From: a virus
Lineage: Duplodnaviria; Caudoviricetes
Length of the DNA: 64,000 nt
Reading direction: 5' to 3' (one strand)
Virus record (IMG/VR): IMGVR_UViG_3300033485_000007
Span: 1 to 64,000 of that record
The notes beneath the pieces are model-generated. The model did no database searches. It was not told where the DNA came from and saw nothing but the letters and a program-made list of their open reading frames with translations. Position numbers and translations under genes: made by a program. Positions 28,534 to 38,864 of the stretch are shown one piece after another. Position 1 is the first letter of the stretch; each line of letters starts with the position of its first letter.

Positions 28534-29210
28534 TGATGCCAGCGATCGGATTAGGTTTGGGTCTGGGTTTATTACGGAGCGGAAGGTTTAGCACTCCGCA
28601 ATTAAACGCGCGGTTACTCAATATTTACGGTGCTGGACTCACAGATCTCTGGACGGGTGACGGTGTTGTGTTCAATGGATCGGAACAGGCAACGGGTTGG
28701 GTCGGCGGCGTAAACGCACAAGCATTTACGCTTTTCGGGACAACGTACTATAACAAGACTTGCGTAAATGGTCGCGTTGGAATCCTGTCGCCCGCAGCGA
28801 CGATAAAGGGGTTTCTACACGCTACGCTGCCCGCGTCGAAAAGTTTAGTCGTCGTTGCTGGTATGCCAGCGTTGCCGTCCGCAGCACAGCATGAACTAGC
28901 TCTGGTAGATGGAGTAACCGGCCCGGATGCGTCGCTGTTGGTCACGGCTGGATCAAGCACCTGGTATGCGTCCGGGTGGACACAGTATCGAGACGGCGTA
29001 GCCACAAACGCGCTTGCGACAGGGATCCATGTGTACCAAGCCGATAAAGCCGCAAACACTACAGTTGGGCTCAGGGTCGGCGGGTGGACTGGAGCAGACA
29101 CCGCATACCCTGGAGAGATACTGGCGGTGATGGCCTTATCTGTCGTGCCGACAGCAGAGCAAAGGGTATTACATACCGCTAACTTTAAGTCCTACTACGC
29201 AATCCCCTAG
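28533..29210 (+). CDS. tail-associated protein (lectin-like fold possible)
   Basis: M..IGLGLGL start common to fiber-associated proteins; beta-rich. Confidence 0.5.
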   Translation: MMPAIGLGLGLGLLRSGRFSTPQLNARLLNIYGAGLTDLWTGDGVVFNGSEQATGWVGGVNAQAFTLFGTTYYNKTCVNGRVGILSPAATIKGFLHATLPASKSLVVVAGMPALPSAAQHELALVDGVTGPDASLLVTAGSSTWYASGWTQYRDGVATNALATGIHVYQADKAANTTVGLRVGGWTGADTAYPGEILAVMALSVVPTAEQRVLHTANFKSYYAIP

Positions 29211-29213
29211 CCC

Positions 29214-29624
29214 ATGACCGCCCCACTCCCATCAGGACGCCGCCCGTACCTTCCGGCGGCGCCCTACTATGACGGTAAAACCCGCGATTGGTTGTTGGAC
29301 TCCAATGACCAGTATCGCGGGATTCACCCGAACGATGAAGGGATGGCGATGTCGTTTGCGATGGCCAAGGGCGAGTGCAGCGCGGCACCCGACGTTGGCA
29401 ATTCGCTGGGCGACATCCCATACGTCACCGCTGACGATATCGCGGCGCAAATCGAGACGCTTGTCTTGACCGCTTATCCTTGCTCCCGGTTAATCGCCGA
29501 GGGCAAGGTGAGGATAGACTCGATACAACACGAAGTGCGCAACGAAGATAACGGCTTAGCGGTCGTCGTGAACTACACGAATCTCGATACGTCATCGCGC
29601 GGAACCGCAAACTGGTACACGTAA
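29214..29624 (+). CDS. baseplate wedge subunit (Mu gp46/gp25-like)
   Basis: Precedes baseplate J; GNSL..I; L...L...V.I pattern. Confidence 0.65.
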   Translation: MTAPLPSGRRPYLPAAPYYDGKTRDWLLDSNDQYRGIHPNDEGMAMSFAMAKGECSAAPDVGNSLGDIPYVTADDIAAQIETLVLTAYPCSRLIAEGKVRIDSIQHEVRNEDNGLAVVVNYTNLDTSSRGTANWYT

Positions 29625-29625
29625 A

Positions 29626-31125
29626 ATGGTCGACCTAGTTGTAAAATCCAGGGAAGAGTGGCGCGATTACTGGCTGAGGTGCTATGCGAATCGCAACCCA
29701 GACGCCGACGTTGGTCCGGGTAGCTATCCGTGGCTACGCGCGTCGGTGCAAGCCGAAACGCTGACGATTCTGTCGGCGGATGCGCTAGCAATTTCCGACT
29801 CCATCCCGCTCGATAATATGACGGGCAGCCAGCTTGACGCCAAATACGGTGACAAGTTGCCGCGTAACCTGGAGACGAATGCGTCGGGCTATATCACTGT
29901 TTCGACGGGAAGCGCAGGGTCTGCAATTGTCATCGGTGACCCACTCGTCCATGCGTCGACGCGCAACCAGTACGAGGTCACATCCGCCAGCGCAACATTC
30001 ACCAATGGCCAGCAGATTGCTGTCGAATCGGTTGACCCAGGCGTTGGTCAAAACCTGACACCGGGCGAGGTCCTGCAATGGGTGTCGCCACGACCTGGAT
30101 GCTACTCGACGGCGGTTGTTTTTCAGGCGCCAGACGGGAACGGCCTCATTGGCGGACGCGCGGTTGAGTCGGACGACGAGTACCGTGAGCGAATCCGAGA
30201 CTTCAATGCGTCGCCGATTGGTCACGGTAACGAGGGCGATGTGCTCGCGCTAGTTGAGAGCAGCCGAGAGCACGGTGTACCGGTAGAGAAATGCTTCGTC
30301 TACCCAGCTGCGCTCGCTCCTGGTTCTTTATCGTACGTATTCACGGTCAAGCGTGACAACTACTGGGAGTCGCGACAGCCATCTAGCGCGCAGATTACCG
30401 ACGTTTTCGCGTATCTCACCGGGAAACTCCCCGGCGATTTCTCGATAGTACCCGCCGCGCTATACACCACTGATTGCACCGTCGATATGGCCGTCACCAT
30501 CGACCCGCGTTACGGTCAGTGGTCAGACTTCGCGCCTTGGCCGGCATACTACGCGCGCACCGCTGGACAGCTAGTTGTTGGCACGGTAACGAGCGCTACG
30601 GCGTTCCAAATTGTAACCGATGACGCGGACTATACCGGTGTGACGGCGCCTGTGGTCGGAAACACGATTGCTGTGTTCGATTTCGCTCTTGGTGTTTTCC
30701 GAAAGAAAAAGTTCCTCACGGTTTCCGGCACCGGTCCGTGGACGATTACGTGCGACACGACGGCGAATCAATCGGACACGACGTACGCTCCGTACGCGAA
30801 CCAAGCCATCTCACCGTGGTTCGACGCAATAAACTCGGTAGCGACAGAGGTCGGGCAACACGTTGCTAGCCTCGGGCCAAGCGAGAATGTGGTAACATCA
30901 TCGCTACCAGAAGACGGGACGCGTATGGCACGCCAACCGAAGGCGTACCCGGACCAGTGGGACAATCATCTGACCGATGCCGTTGCGTACCGAGTTAAGA
31001 CAAACGTCCCGAGCGCCGCTTCGTGCTCGCTACTCGCCGCCACACCGTCCACGCCAAATCTAGGGTCGATTACCGTTAATTCGATTCTATCACTCGTTGA
31101 CCTTGCTATCTACCCAACACCATAA
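29626..31125 (+). CDS. baseplate J-like (Mu gp47)
   Basis: G..LD, A.G.ITV, GGRA.ESDDEYRERI, GNEGD. Confidence 0.88.
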   Translation: MVDLVVKSREEWRDYWLRCYANRNPDADVGPGSYPWLRASVQAETLTILSADALAISDSIPLDNMTGSQLDAKYGDKLPRNLETNASGYITVSTGSAGSAIVIGDPLVHASTRNQYEVTSASATFTNGQQIAVESVDPGVGQNLTPGEVLQWVSPRPGCYSTAVVFQAPDGNGLIGGRAVESDDEYRERIRDFNASPIGHGNEGDVLALVESSREHGVPVEKCFVYPAALAPGSLSYVFTVKRDNYWESRQPSSAQITDVFAYLTGKLPGDFSIVPAALYTTDCTVDMAVTIDPRYGQWSDFAPWPAYYARTAGQLVVGTVTSATAFQIVTDDADYTGVTAPVVGNTIAVFDFALGVFRKKKFLTVSGTGPWTITCDTTANQSDTTYAPYANQAISPWFDAINSVATEVGQHVASLGPSENVVTSSLPEDGTRMARQPKAYPDQWDNHLTDAVAYRVKTNVPSAASCSLLAATPSTPNLGSITVNSILSLVDLAIYPTP

Positions 31126-31634
31126 TGACATCACCAGCATATCCAGTTTTTGAGGGCGACGGTGGAGCAAATACACCGAAGCGGCCCACGGCATCGGTTG
31201 ACCTTGGTGGGTTAGACTTCGTGGATTCAGTGAAGAATCCACCAAAAGACCGCGAGAGATTGGCCGCGTCCGACTACATGCAGGCAACAATGAGCCTTGA
31301 GCGCGTCGCGCGGATGTTGCCTGTGCTCATCGCGGATGTCACCGGAGAAACCGGAACGCCATCCACTGATACGGTTATCTCGGTCAACGACGCATTGACC
31401 ACGGTCAACGTTGTTACGACTGAGATTGGAACTGGCAAATATCGGGTCACGTACCCGACTGGTAAATTGCCGACAGCGAACTGTTCGCCAGTTGCACAGG
31501 TGATCAAATCTAGCGGGGCAATCGCTAGCGTTGAGGTGAATGCCTACACCGCGACTACTGTCGACGTGTGGGCATATGATTTCGCTGGTTCGTTAAGCGC
31601 GAACTCGGTTCAGTTTAAATTACTGGTATACTAA
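31125..31634 (+). CDS. baseplate/tail-associated hypothetical protein
   Basis: TAATG coupling; GTGKYRVTYP motif. Confidence 0.55.
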   Translation: MTSPAYPVFEGDGGANTPKRPTASVDLGGLDFVDSVKNPPKDRERLAASDYMQATMSLERVARMLPVLIADVTGETGTPSTDTVISVNDALTTVNVVTTEIGTGKYRVTYPTGKLPTANCSPVAQVIKSSGAIASVEVNAYTATTVDVWAYDFAGSLSANSVQFKLLVY

Positions 31635-33226
31635 TGTCCCAATGGTCAAACTTTGCTCCGTTCGGCGAGTTCGCGTTTAGCGGCACGGACTCCGAAAGCG
31701 AGAAAATCTACAACGCGCAAACCAAGGCCCTTGGCCCAGCGTTTGAGGGCGCGGTCGGAGAGGCTGAGACCTACGCGGATAGCATGTGCTTTGGCGCCGC
31801 TAGATTGCAGCTACAGGCCGCCGGAGCACAGGACGACCCAACGCAGGTTAGTTACCTAATTGACGCGCTAGAGAGCGACTGGCGCGTGTTCTCGGCCCCG
31901 GGCGCGACGATTGGGGAGAGGCGGGCCGCTCTAGCTTTCGCAATGGCGAGCGCGACCGGCTCGTTTACGGCGGCGGTAACAGCTGGGCTAACGGTTTTGC
32001 TCGGGTCGCTATTCGTCCATTTCCGCCCAATGGACCGTGATATTCTGGACGAGGTGTCATCAAACACGACGTTCCCGATTCATTCGCCGCCGGTCGGCAC
32101 GGCAATCAAGTCGATAGTCATCACCACGGCGATTATGCCCGGCGTGTTAACCGTCAATTACACCCGCGTAATCGACGACGGCAACGGCATATTCCCGGGC
32201 GAACAGGTCGTGGTAAATCCGGGTGTCAATGGCATGGAGGATGTTGTCGAGGTCACCGCGTCAACACCGACGACGTTTACGGCGACCTTCACGCTGCCGC
32301 AAGACGCCAATATACCAGCGCGCACCGGTCCGTATACGCGGTGGACGTCGAACCAACGTCACTCGCTCGTGGTTGTTGACGAGTCGGTTCTGACAAATAA
32401 TACGCTGCTCGTTAGGACCCACGAGTACATGCGTCGCGTAATGCCATCCGTTTCGACGTGGATTGTCTGCGCCGAGACCATCCCGGGTGTCGTTGGGCCG
32501 TTCACCGTCGGCCAAGGCCTTATCGGCCAAACGCCGCTCGGCGAAGACCCGTCCTCAGTTTGGGCTGATACTCGCAAAACCGACTTTCTCCCGGTGCAGG
32601 ACTTTGACGGGGCGTATTTGGTTATGCCGCTCACCGAAGACGGCACAAATTACGGCGTCGCCGGCGGGTCACTGGCCACGATTGGCTCGCCAACATACAC
32701 CTCGGAAGGACTTGTGTTCGATGGCGTTAACGACTTCGGAGCGATCGACCAAGCTTCAACCCCGACCACATATACTATTGTTTTTCACGCTAAGTTCCCT
32801 GTTATAACTACCGGCTTATTCCCCGTTGTATTTTACAGCACCGACCCGGAAATTGAACCAGCCGGCGGCGTTAGCATTAGCCGCACACTGTATTGGCAAT
32901 GTATCACAAACGATGGCGTAGAATCGGCCGCATCCGCTATCACGTCTGGTTCTTTGTGGCATACGTTTTCGATCGTTAAGGACGGGATGACCCGTAAATT
33001 CTATGTGGATGGTGCACTGGTCCACACCTCGACACTAGCATCTAGCGCCACCGGCTCATGGATTAAGCTCGGCGGCGGGAGTGACACAGCAACCAAAGCA
33101 CAAATGACAATCCGCAATCTAGTTTCGTACTCAAGCGCCCTGAGTGATGCGAATCGCGCACTAGTTGAGGCGTGGTCTGCAAACAACGGGATTCTCGTCG
33201 AGGTCCCACTCGCCCCAGGACCATAA
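31634..33226 (+). CDS. Mu gp48-like wedge protein fused to a LamG/concanavalin-like domain
   Basis: L..LE.DW...PGAT..ERRAAL N-half; C-half FDGVND, WHTF.IV.DG..RKFYVDG. Confidence 0.7.
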   Translation: MSQWSNFAPFGEFAFSGTDSESEKIYNAQTKALGPAFEGAVGEAETYADSMCFGAARLQLQAAGAQDDPTQVSYLIDALESDWRVFSAPGATIGERRAALAFAMASATGSFTAAVTAGLTVLLGSLFVHFRPMDRDILDEVSSNTTFPIHSPPVGTAIKSIVITTAIMPGVLTVNYTRVIDDGNGIFPGEQVVVNPGVNGMEDVVEVTASTPTTFTATFTLPQDANIPARTGPYTRWTSNQRHSLVVVDESVLTNNTLLVRTHEYMRRVMPSVSTWIVCAETIPGVVGPFTVGQGLIGQTPLGEDPSSVWADTRKTDFLPVQDFDGAYLVMPLTEDGTNYGVAGGSLATIGSPTYTSEGLVFDGVNDFGAIDQASTPTTYTIVFHAKFPVITTGLFPVVFYSTDPEIEPAGGVSISRTLYWQCITNDGVESAASAITSGSLWHTFSIVKDGMTRKFYVDGALVHTSTLASSATGSWIKLGGGSDTATKAQMTIRNLVSYSSALSDANRALVEAWSANNGILVEVPLAPGP

Positions 33227-33229
33227 AAC

Positions 33230-34267
33230 ATGTCACATTTCGCTTATATCCGAGGCTCTCTAGGTTCCTGGGCAACAGGGACCGCTGTAACTCAGGCCGA
33301 GTTCTGGCAAATGGACCAGAACATGTACCGCGCTATCAACGGTGACGCTGGAGGTAGCTGGGCCCCGTCATCCGCTATCGTTATTGGTGGAAGCGGGCTC
33401 ACCGTGAGCGGTCCGTTTGCTACGTCCGGGAATACCACAATAGGTGACGCTGCTGGCGATACACTGACCGTAAATGCGGTGTCTTATTTTTCTGACGGCG
33501 TTACCATGGGCAGCGACTCGGCTGATTTGCTACGGGTAAATGCCTCCGCGACATTTGCGGCCGGTGTTATCGTTGGTGTATACTCATCCGATGTGCTTAC
33601 CGTTAACTCAACGTCGTCATTCTCTAATGACGTGACAATTGGATCCGACTCAACCGATACGTTAACCGTTAATTCTACGGTTGATGTGAAAAATAACGCA
33701 ACCATCGGGGCTGATGGAACGGATATACTGACGGTTAATTCGGCGGCTACGTTCGTTAATGATGTCGCGATTGGGTCTAGCTCCGGAGACACACTTACTG
33801 TTACGGCTACAACGACATTTAACGAGTCTGTCACGCTTGGGTCCGGAGCTGGCGACGATATGGTCGTCAACGCTACCGCGCTGTTTAACAACGGCGTCAC
33901 GCTTGGCTCGTCATCGACTGATGCTCTTACCGTTGCTGCGACGACTACATTTAACGGACCAGTAACGGCCGCCAACTCGATGTGGCGCGATACATACGAG
34001 CTGATTTCACTTGTCGACGATGCGCAGACGCGCAACGAGACGACGGCAAATTCGCTTATCGTGTCGAATCTAAACGGCGCAAATCGCGTCATAACACTGA
34101 CGGCTACCGGAGGATTTTCAAACATCGTAAAGCATGTCGCGAACTCGGCTCCGGCATATCAGTTAACGGTGGTGGACAGCTCTAGCGGTAGGACATTGGG
34201 CGTGTTGGCGGTTGGACAGGGGATACGCGTGCTTATGGTAGCTGGCAGTTGGTACAGCGCCGGGTAA
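33230..34267 (+). CDS. tail fiber protein with eight 22-aa repeats
   Basis: Repeats VT(I/L)G....D.LTVN(A/S)...F... seen in translation. Confidence 0.75.
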   Translation: MSHFAYIRGSLGSWATGTAVTQAEFWQMDQNMYRAINGDAGGSWAPSSAIVIGGSGLTVSGPFATSGNTTIGDAAGDTLTVNAVSYFSDGVTMGSDSADLLRVNASATFAAGVIVGVYSSDVLTVNSTSSFSNDVTIGSDSTDTLTVNSTVDVKNNATIGADGTDILTVNSAATFVNDVAIGSSSGDTLTVTATTTFNESVTLGSGAGDDMVVNATALFNNGVTLGSSSTDALTVAATTTFNGPVTAANSMWRDTYELISLVDDAQTRNETTANSLIVSNLNGANRVITLTATGGFSNIVKHVANSAPAYQLTVVDSSSGRTLGVLAVGQGIRVLMVAGSWYSAG

Positions 34268-34275
34268 CCAATCGG

Positions 34276-35635
34276 TTACATGCCGGGTCTTCGCGCAATC
34301 GCTAACAGTGCGAGCTCCCATATCACAGCGAGACACACGGACACTTGGACCGGATGACTTGCGCCAGATAGACGAACGGCGACACCGATTAGCGCCGGGA
34401 TTGCGATGTGAACAATAAGTCGGTTCATTTCATTTCTCCTCTTTCAATCTGCATTCCGAGTTCGAGTTCCGTAATTCTATTCGCCTGATACAGGGAATAA
34501 TTCTCCAGCTTCCGAACATCTCTCCTTAGCTCCGCAACGACCAGAATCAGCGCGTCAATGTCGCCGTCAATATCCGCAACGTCGTTGACTAGCGTGTTTA
34601 TGCTTGACTCGGTTGTCATGGATGCACCAAACGCACAAGGTGGCTCCGCGCCTCCAGTAACTCGTCAATGAGGCTGTCGATAGCATCGACGTCAATCGTA
34701 CACATCGCGATTCGACCGGCGTTATCGCGCACGCTGATACCGGCAACGCCCCCGCTAGCGCCGACGGATGCGCCGGGACGCGTATCCTCCTCAACGGCGC
34801 GCTCGTGGGCGGTTCGGATTTCGTGCAATAGAGCTTGATGTGTCATTCGTCCTCCAGTAGCATGTCAGCGATTGATTCGTAGTGGCGGTCACGGGCGGCG
34901 CGAAGTTCGATTACACGTTCGCGCTCGGATTCTGACATATCAACTCGGTCGTAAAATCGCGTCTTCGTCCAAGGTGGATAGTCAACCGCATCATCAACGC
35001 GATTGCGGGTGAGCATGTCCAGCGTGTCGTTGATTGTCGCTACCGGGAAGGCCAGTCCGACGATTCGACGCGTTCGCCAGCTCGATTCTTCAGCGGTCAG
35101 CCCGAATCCACGCGACGCAGACTCGGGCGTCACCGTTGACCATGTTCCAAGTTCAGAAGACCAGCTCACGGTTCCCTCAGGTCGACTACAGCAACGCTGT
35201 CAAGCGCGCCATCCAATAGGTCGAGCGAGATTTCAGCGGCCAGCCTAACGTCACCTGGGTCGCGCAGGGACACGTCTGGCACGTTGACCTGGTGCCGTCC
35301 GTAGACGGCGTGGTAGAGTTCGACGGTTGGCAGACCGTCCATTGGGTCGGTGGATATTGTAATTTGATTCATTTGGCTGGTCCTGGTTTGGTGAGTTTCT
35401 TGAGCTCGTCGACAACGTGTCGCAACATTCCTGCGCGTCTGTTCGCAAGTATCAGTGCACCACGAGCCTTGCGACCTTCTCCGTGCCACACGGATGCCGA
35501 GTATCCGTTCTCGCCACGTCCGCGCTTTGTCATCTCGACGGCTAGCCGCTCAAGTCCAGGTAACTCGGAGCGCTGCTTACGTAGGTCTTTGCGCGCGCGC
35601 TCAAGCATCCATTTTGCAATTACCGGGTCAAGCAT
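34276..35635 (-). other. six translationally coupled small hypothetical ORFs (34276-34428, 34425-34619, 34616-34846, 34843-35169, 35166-35372, 35369-35635)
   Basis: Consecutive ATGA/GTGA overlaps; the last translated ORF (34276-34428) has two hydrophobic segments. Confidence 0.65.
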
Positions 35636-35694
35636 CTGATTACCTAGCGTGAAACAGGCGAGCCATGTAGCTTCACATGGCTCGCCTTAGTTGA

Positions 35695-35982
35695 TTAACC
35701 GGAACCGTAACCGTAACCGGAACCGTCACCGTAACCGGAACCGGAACCGTAACCGGAACCGTCACCGTAACCGTAACCGGAACCGGAACCGGAACCGTCA
35801 CCGTAACCGGAACCGGAACCGTAACCGGAACCGTCACCGTAACCGTAACCGGAACCGGAACCGGAACCGGAACCGTAACCGGAACCGGAACCGGAACCGT
35901 CACCGTCACCGTAACCGGAACCGGAACTAATTGCAACTTCAGTGATGGCGAAGTCGGACTGATCTAGTACTAACCAGATCAT
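35695..35982 (-). CDS. Gly-rich (GSGYGDG)n low-complexity protein
   Basis: ATGA-coupled to the upstream gene; MIWLVLDQSDFAITEVAISS then G-[SYD] dipeptide repeats. Confidence 0.7.
   Translation of the reverse strand: MIWLVLDQSDFAITEVAISSGSGYGDGDGSGSGSGYGSGSGSGSGYGYGDGSGYGSGSGYGDGSGSGSGYGYGDGSGYGSGSGYGDGSGYGYGSG
35698..35927. repeat. 6-bp tandem repeat ACCG(T/G)(A/C), ~38 units
   Basis: Read directly. Confidence 0.95.
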
Positions 35983-36353
35983 TTCCCTGGCTCCGCAGCT
36001 GGCTCCGCACGTAGAGATTGCATGGCAACTGCGGAGCAGTATAGGATTCCGCAAACCTCGGTCATTTCTGCCGGCTGCGACATTTCGGCGGAAAACTTTC
36101 GGTCGAATTTTTGGGTCAACCCAAATTCTGCGATATCTGGCAGAGTGAACCGACTGGACCAGCTCCACATCTGTCGAGCGCGAAGCAACGTTACGTTGCG
36201 GCCATCTTTTGCCTGGATGAATCCACACATTACCCCCTGTTCTCGAGAGCGAACGATTGCGTACTTGAGACCGTCAAGCGCAGCTGGCTTCGACACGGAA
36301 TCCGCGCGAATGTAGCTGGTGTTGTTGAGTGTGATTGTCTCTAGATTTTCCAT
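35979..36353 (-). CDS. DUF6948-like protein
   Basis: Y.IVRS...GV..G.......V.L..AR.MW.W....TL...A..G pattern; SD GGAG before ATG 36353. Confidence 0.75.
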   Translation of the reverse strand: MENLETITLNNTSYIRADSVSKPAALDGLKYAIVRSREQGVMCGFIQAKDGRNVTLLRARQMWSWSSRFTLPDIAEFGLTQKFDRKFSAEMSQPAEMTEVCGILYCSAVAMQSLRAEPAAEPGK

Positions 36354-36728
36354 TTGTTCTCCATACACTGACACCCGGAAATCCCGCCACAGCGTTACCT
36401 GTGTTCGGGCTTTGGGCCTCTCTACCTCGGGGTGCGGGTTCCGCTGTCCTCTAGCGGTTTCCATTTGGTGGCGTCTTTAGGTTCCGTCTTGCCCCGCTGT
36501 TTGTATCCCGCTGCGATGCGGCCCGATTTCTATCCCGGAGGAACCGGCGTCGTGATGACAGGTTTCAATCTATCAGAAACGCGTCACCGTGCAAGATGAT
36601 TTTGCGTTGTCGAGTACTATTTCGTAAACGCCAAGTCCTGTCGGTAACTTAGGCGACCTGAGTGCATACGCCAGCGGACTGAACTTTGGCAGGTCGACAT
36701 GGTGCCGCGGCTCCGGTTTCGCATCTCA

Positions 36729-36863
36729 TCACGCCCTCGCTTTTAGGGTCGCCACCAATCGTGCCATCCGTCGCGCTGCCGCCATAGCCTGACGTTCGGC
36801 GGACTCGACCGTGAGTTGCTTGGTGAGGTTGCTGGCGTTGGCTTTTTTGGTTGTCGTGGTCAT
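36729..36863 (-). CDS. small basic helical protein
   Basis: MTTTTKKANA...ARRMARLVATLKARA. Confidence 0.45.
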   Translation of the reverse strand: MTTTTKKANASNLTKQLTVESAERQAMAAARRMARLVATLKARA

Positions 36864-36947
36864 GCTAGATGCTACTGCAAGCCGCGTGCTAGACTCGACA
36901 AGAAAGTGACGGCTCATGATTACAGTAGGTTACGGAGACCGGTGGCG

Positions 36948-37070
36948 CTAATGGGTGGGTAAATTCTGACTTGGATACCCGGGGCAGTTACCCATTGATA
37001 GGCTGTTCAGTGTTGAACTCGCTGGCGTGCCTATCCCAAGGTCGATTCCGATGATGGTTTCGATGGTCAT
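36948..37070 (-). pseudogene. possible truncated RNase H-fold (RuvC-like) gene remnant
   Basis: Good SD (AAGGA) then MTIETIIGIDLG, stop after 40 codons. Confidence 0.3.
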
Positions 37071-37079
37071 TGGTTCCTT

Positions 37080-37835
37080 TCAAAACATCGACAACTGGCG
37101 GGCATCGCTCATGGGCGGCTCTCGCGCGATCGGTTCGTCATCGTTCGTCCAAATCGCCTCTTTGCACTCTTTGCCGCCCGAGTTACGAACAGCCGCGCAT
37201 GTTGCTAGGTGGCGAAACGGCAACCAATCCGCCCCTTCCCGCTCGCAGACGATCACCTGTCCGCGTCGCGAACGACACCATTGCGCAAGATGCGTGTAAT
37301 CGGTTGGGTGTTCACGCCCAGCCCAGTAATGCTGCGCTAGGTTTTTGTACAGCGGGTCAACGAAGTGCGTGCATTCGATGTTTGGAAGTTCGGCGTATGT
37401 GCCGTTAATCACCTCCCAATGCTTAATCGAGTCGACTTGAGATGCAACCTTCTCGCGCCACTTGGCACACCAAAGGCCGTCGTTCTGGCCGTTTTTCCAG
37501 GACGTTAGAGTCTTGCGAAATGGTGACGTGTTGACGCAGCAACTAAGGAACAGTCGGGCTTCGTTGCTCACGTCAAGTGTATCGATGCTCTGTCCGGGTT
37601 CCATGAGCGGCAGACGCATGATGTCTTCAGGGCTTGACTTGATTAGATATGACCAAATCGTTGTTACCCTTGGATCAATGTCGCAAAGAATTACCTTCAG
37701 TTCCGGGTAATTTAGCGGGTACCCGGCGCCGCCACATTGCGAGTCTTCGATCGTGTCGTAGCGCGGGTTCGGGTACAGCTTAGCCGAGCGCGCCTTCGAG
37801 CCAAAGTACTTAAAGAACGGGGATAGCGCGGTCAT
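37080..37835 (-). CDS. D12-class DNA adenine methyltransferase-like protein with degenerate motifs
   Basis: PFFKYFGSK; EDSQCGGAG in place of EPFAGS; FVDPLY in place of DPPY. Confidence 0.75.
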   Translation of the reverse strand: MTALSPFFKYFGSKARSAKLYPNPRYDTIEDSQCGGAGYPLNYPELKVILCDIDPRVTTIWSYLIKSSPEDIMRLPLMEPGQSIDTLDVSNEARLFLSCCVNTSPFRKTLTSWKNGQNDGLWCAKWREKVASQVDSIKHWEVINGTYAELPNIECTHFVDPLYKNLAQHYWAGREHPTDYTHLAQWCRSRRGQVIVCEREGADWLPFRHLATCAAVRNSGGKECKEAIWTNDDEPIAREPPMSDARQLSMF

Positions 37836-38860
37836 CTCAACCCACGCCGCCCACATTCCTCACGCGATAGCGGCGCAAGGTTGGCTTCGATTTCGGATTG
37901 GGTTGGCAGGGTGACTTTCGCAAACCAGCACTCGTCACAAAGGTCCGGATGCTCATCGTCTGCGCCATCGCAGTAGCCGCACTGTCGCTTGCATTCACAA
38001 CAGACAAACATCGGATCATCCGCGTCCGTCCACCCGTCGCAAACCTCAACCATCCAGGCGTGTGGACAGTCGGCCGTGGCGTCGGGGTCGCGGTTTGCGT
38101 GGTAGAGTACCTCGAATGGGTCGGTGTTGGCGGTCATACTCCACCAGTCTCAATGAGCCTCATCGCGGCGACGTGCCGTCCGACATAAGTCTCGACTACG
38201 TTGATTGCAATTCCTCTGGTCTCGTACGAGCCATCGACAGGGTTCTTCCCAATTCCAGGCCCGGTGATAACGGCTCGCCATGTGTCCGGGTCAACCAACG
38301 TCAGCACGGCGCAGGAATAGTCGCCGTGACTAGCATCGCTACGATACATCCCATGAGACCAGTCGAGTTTGAGTTGCGCTGTTTTTGTCATCGTTTTATC
38401 CCTAGAACCTGCGCCGTCGTCTGCTGCTCAATCGCTGACACTCGTTCCGCCGCCACGTATTGTGCAACGATGTCGAGAAGGAATGCGGCCTTGATTGTGA
38501 ATTCGTCACCTTTCGCGTTTCGCATAATTGCGTCTCCGCTGAAATCGCTGCTGATGTTGGCACAGTTTCCGTATCCGTCTCGGTAATGTTGCATGGGCCC
38601 TCTAACGTCGCAAGCCCCTGCGCTTTCGCGTGAGGGGCCGGGTGTAATTGCACTCAGCAAACGGGAACGTAGTCGCTACTGGTCTGACGACCCCGTACTG
38701 AGTTGATGATCCAGCGGGCTCCGCCGGCGGCAACGGCCGCTTCATTTGCTAGGTCGTCGTCCTCATGTGTCGACTCGGGGCTAGCTCCCGATTTCGGCGT
38801 TGCGTTGTATCCGCCGCGGTCTACGATCACGTTCTCTGAAGTAAAAACTTGGCTGGTCAT
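37832..38860 (-). other. four small hypothetical ORFs (37832-38137 Cys-rich, 38134-38391, 38388-38594, 38654-38860)
   Basis: Coupled starts/stops and SDs. Confidence 0.6.
38598..38646 (-). repeat. element A copy 1: GCCCC..GNRA..GGGGC hairpin + TTG(C/G)G(A/G)CGTTAGAG
   Basis: Also at 48775-48820 and 50861-50908. Confidence 0.8.
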
Positions 38861-38864
38861 CTTC

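Noticed and set aside
6000-34267. Mu-like transposable prophage
   Set aside because: Structural genes are Mu-family, but there is no transposase/MuB, no host genes and no att sites, and TerL is Terminase_6 type.
35691-35930. + strand (NR)n ORF and the alternative - strand (VP/VT)n ORF
   Set aside because: Shadow frames; only the Gly-rich frame has a coupled start in the operon direction.
36575-36731. Read-through of TGA TGA after ORF 36729-36863 into a protein-like frame (stop-codon recoding)
   Set aside because: TGA acts as a normal stop in many coupled genes elsewhere; no genome-wide evidence of recoding.
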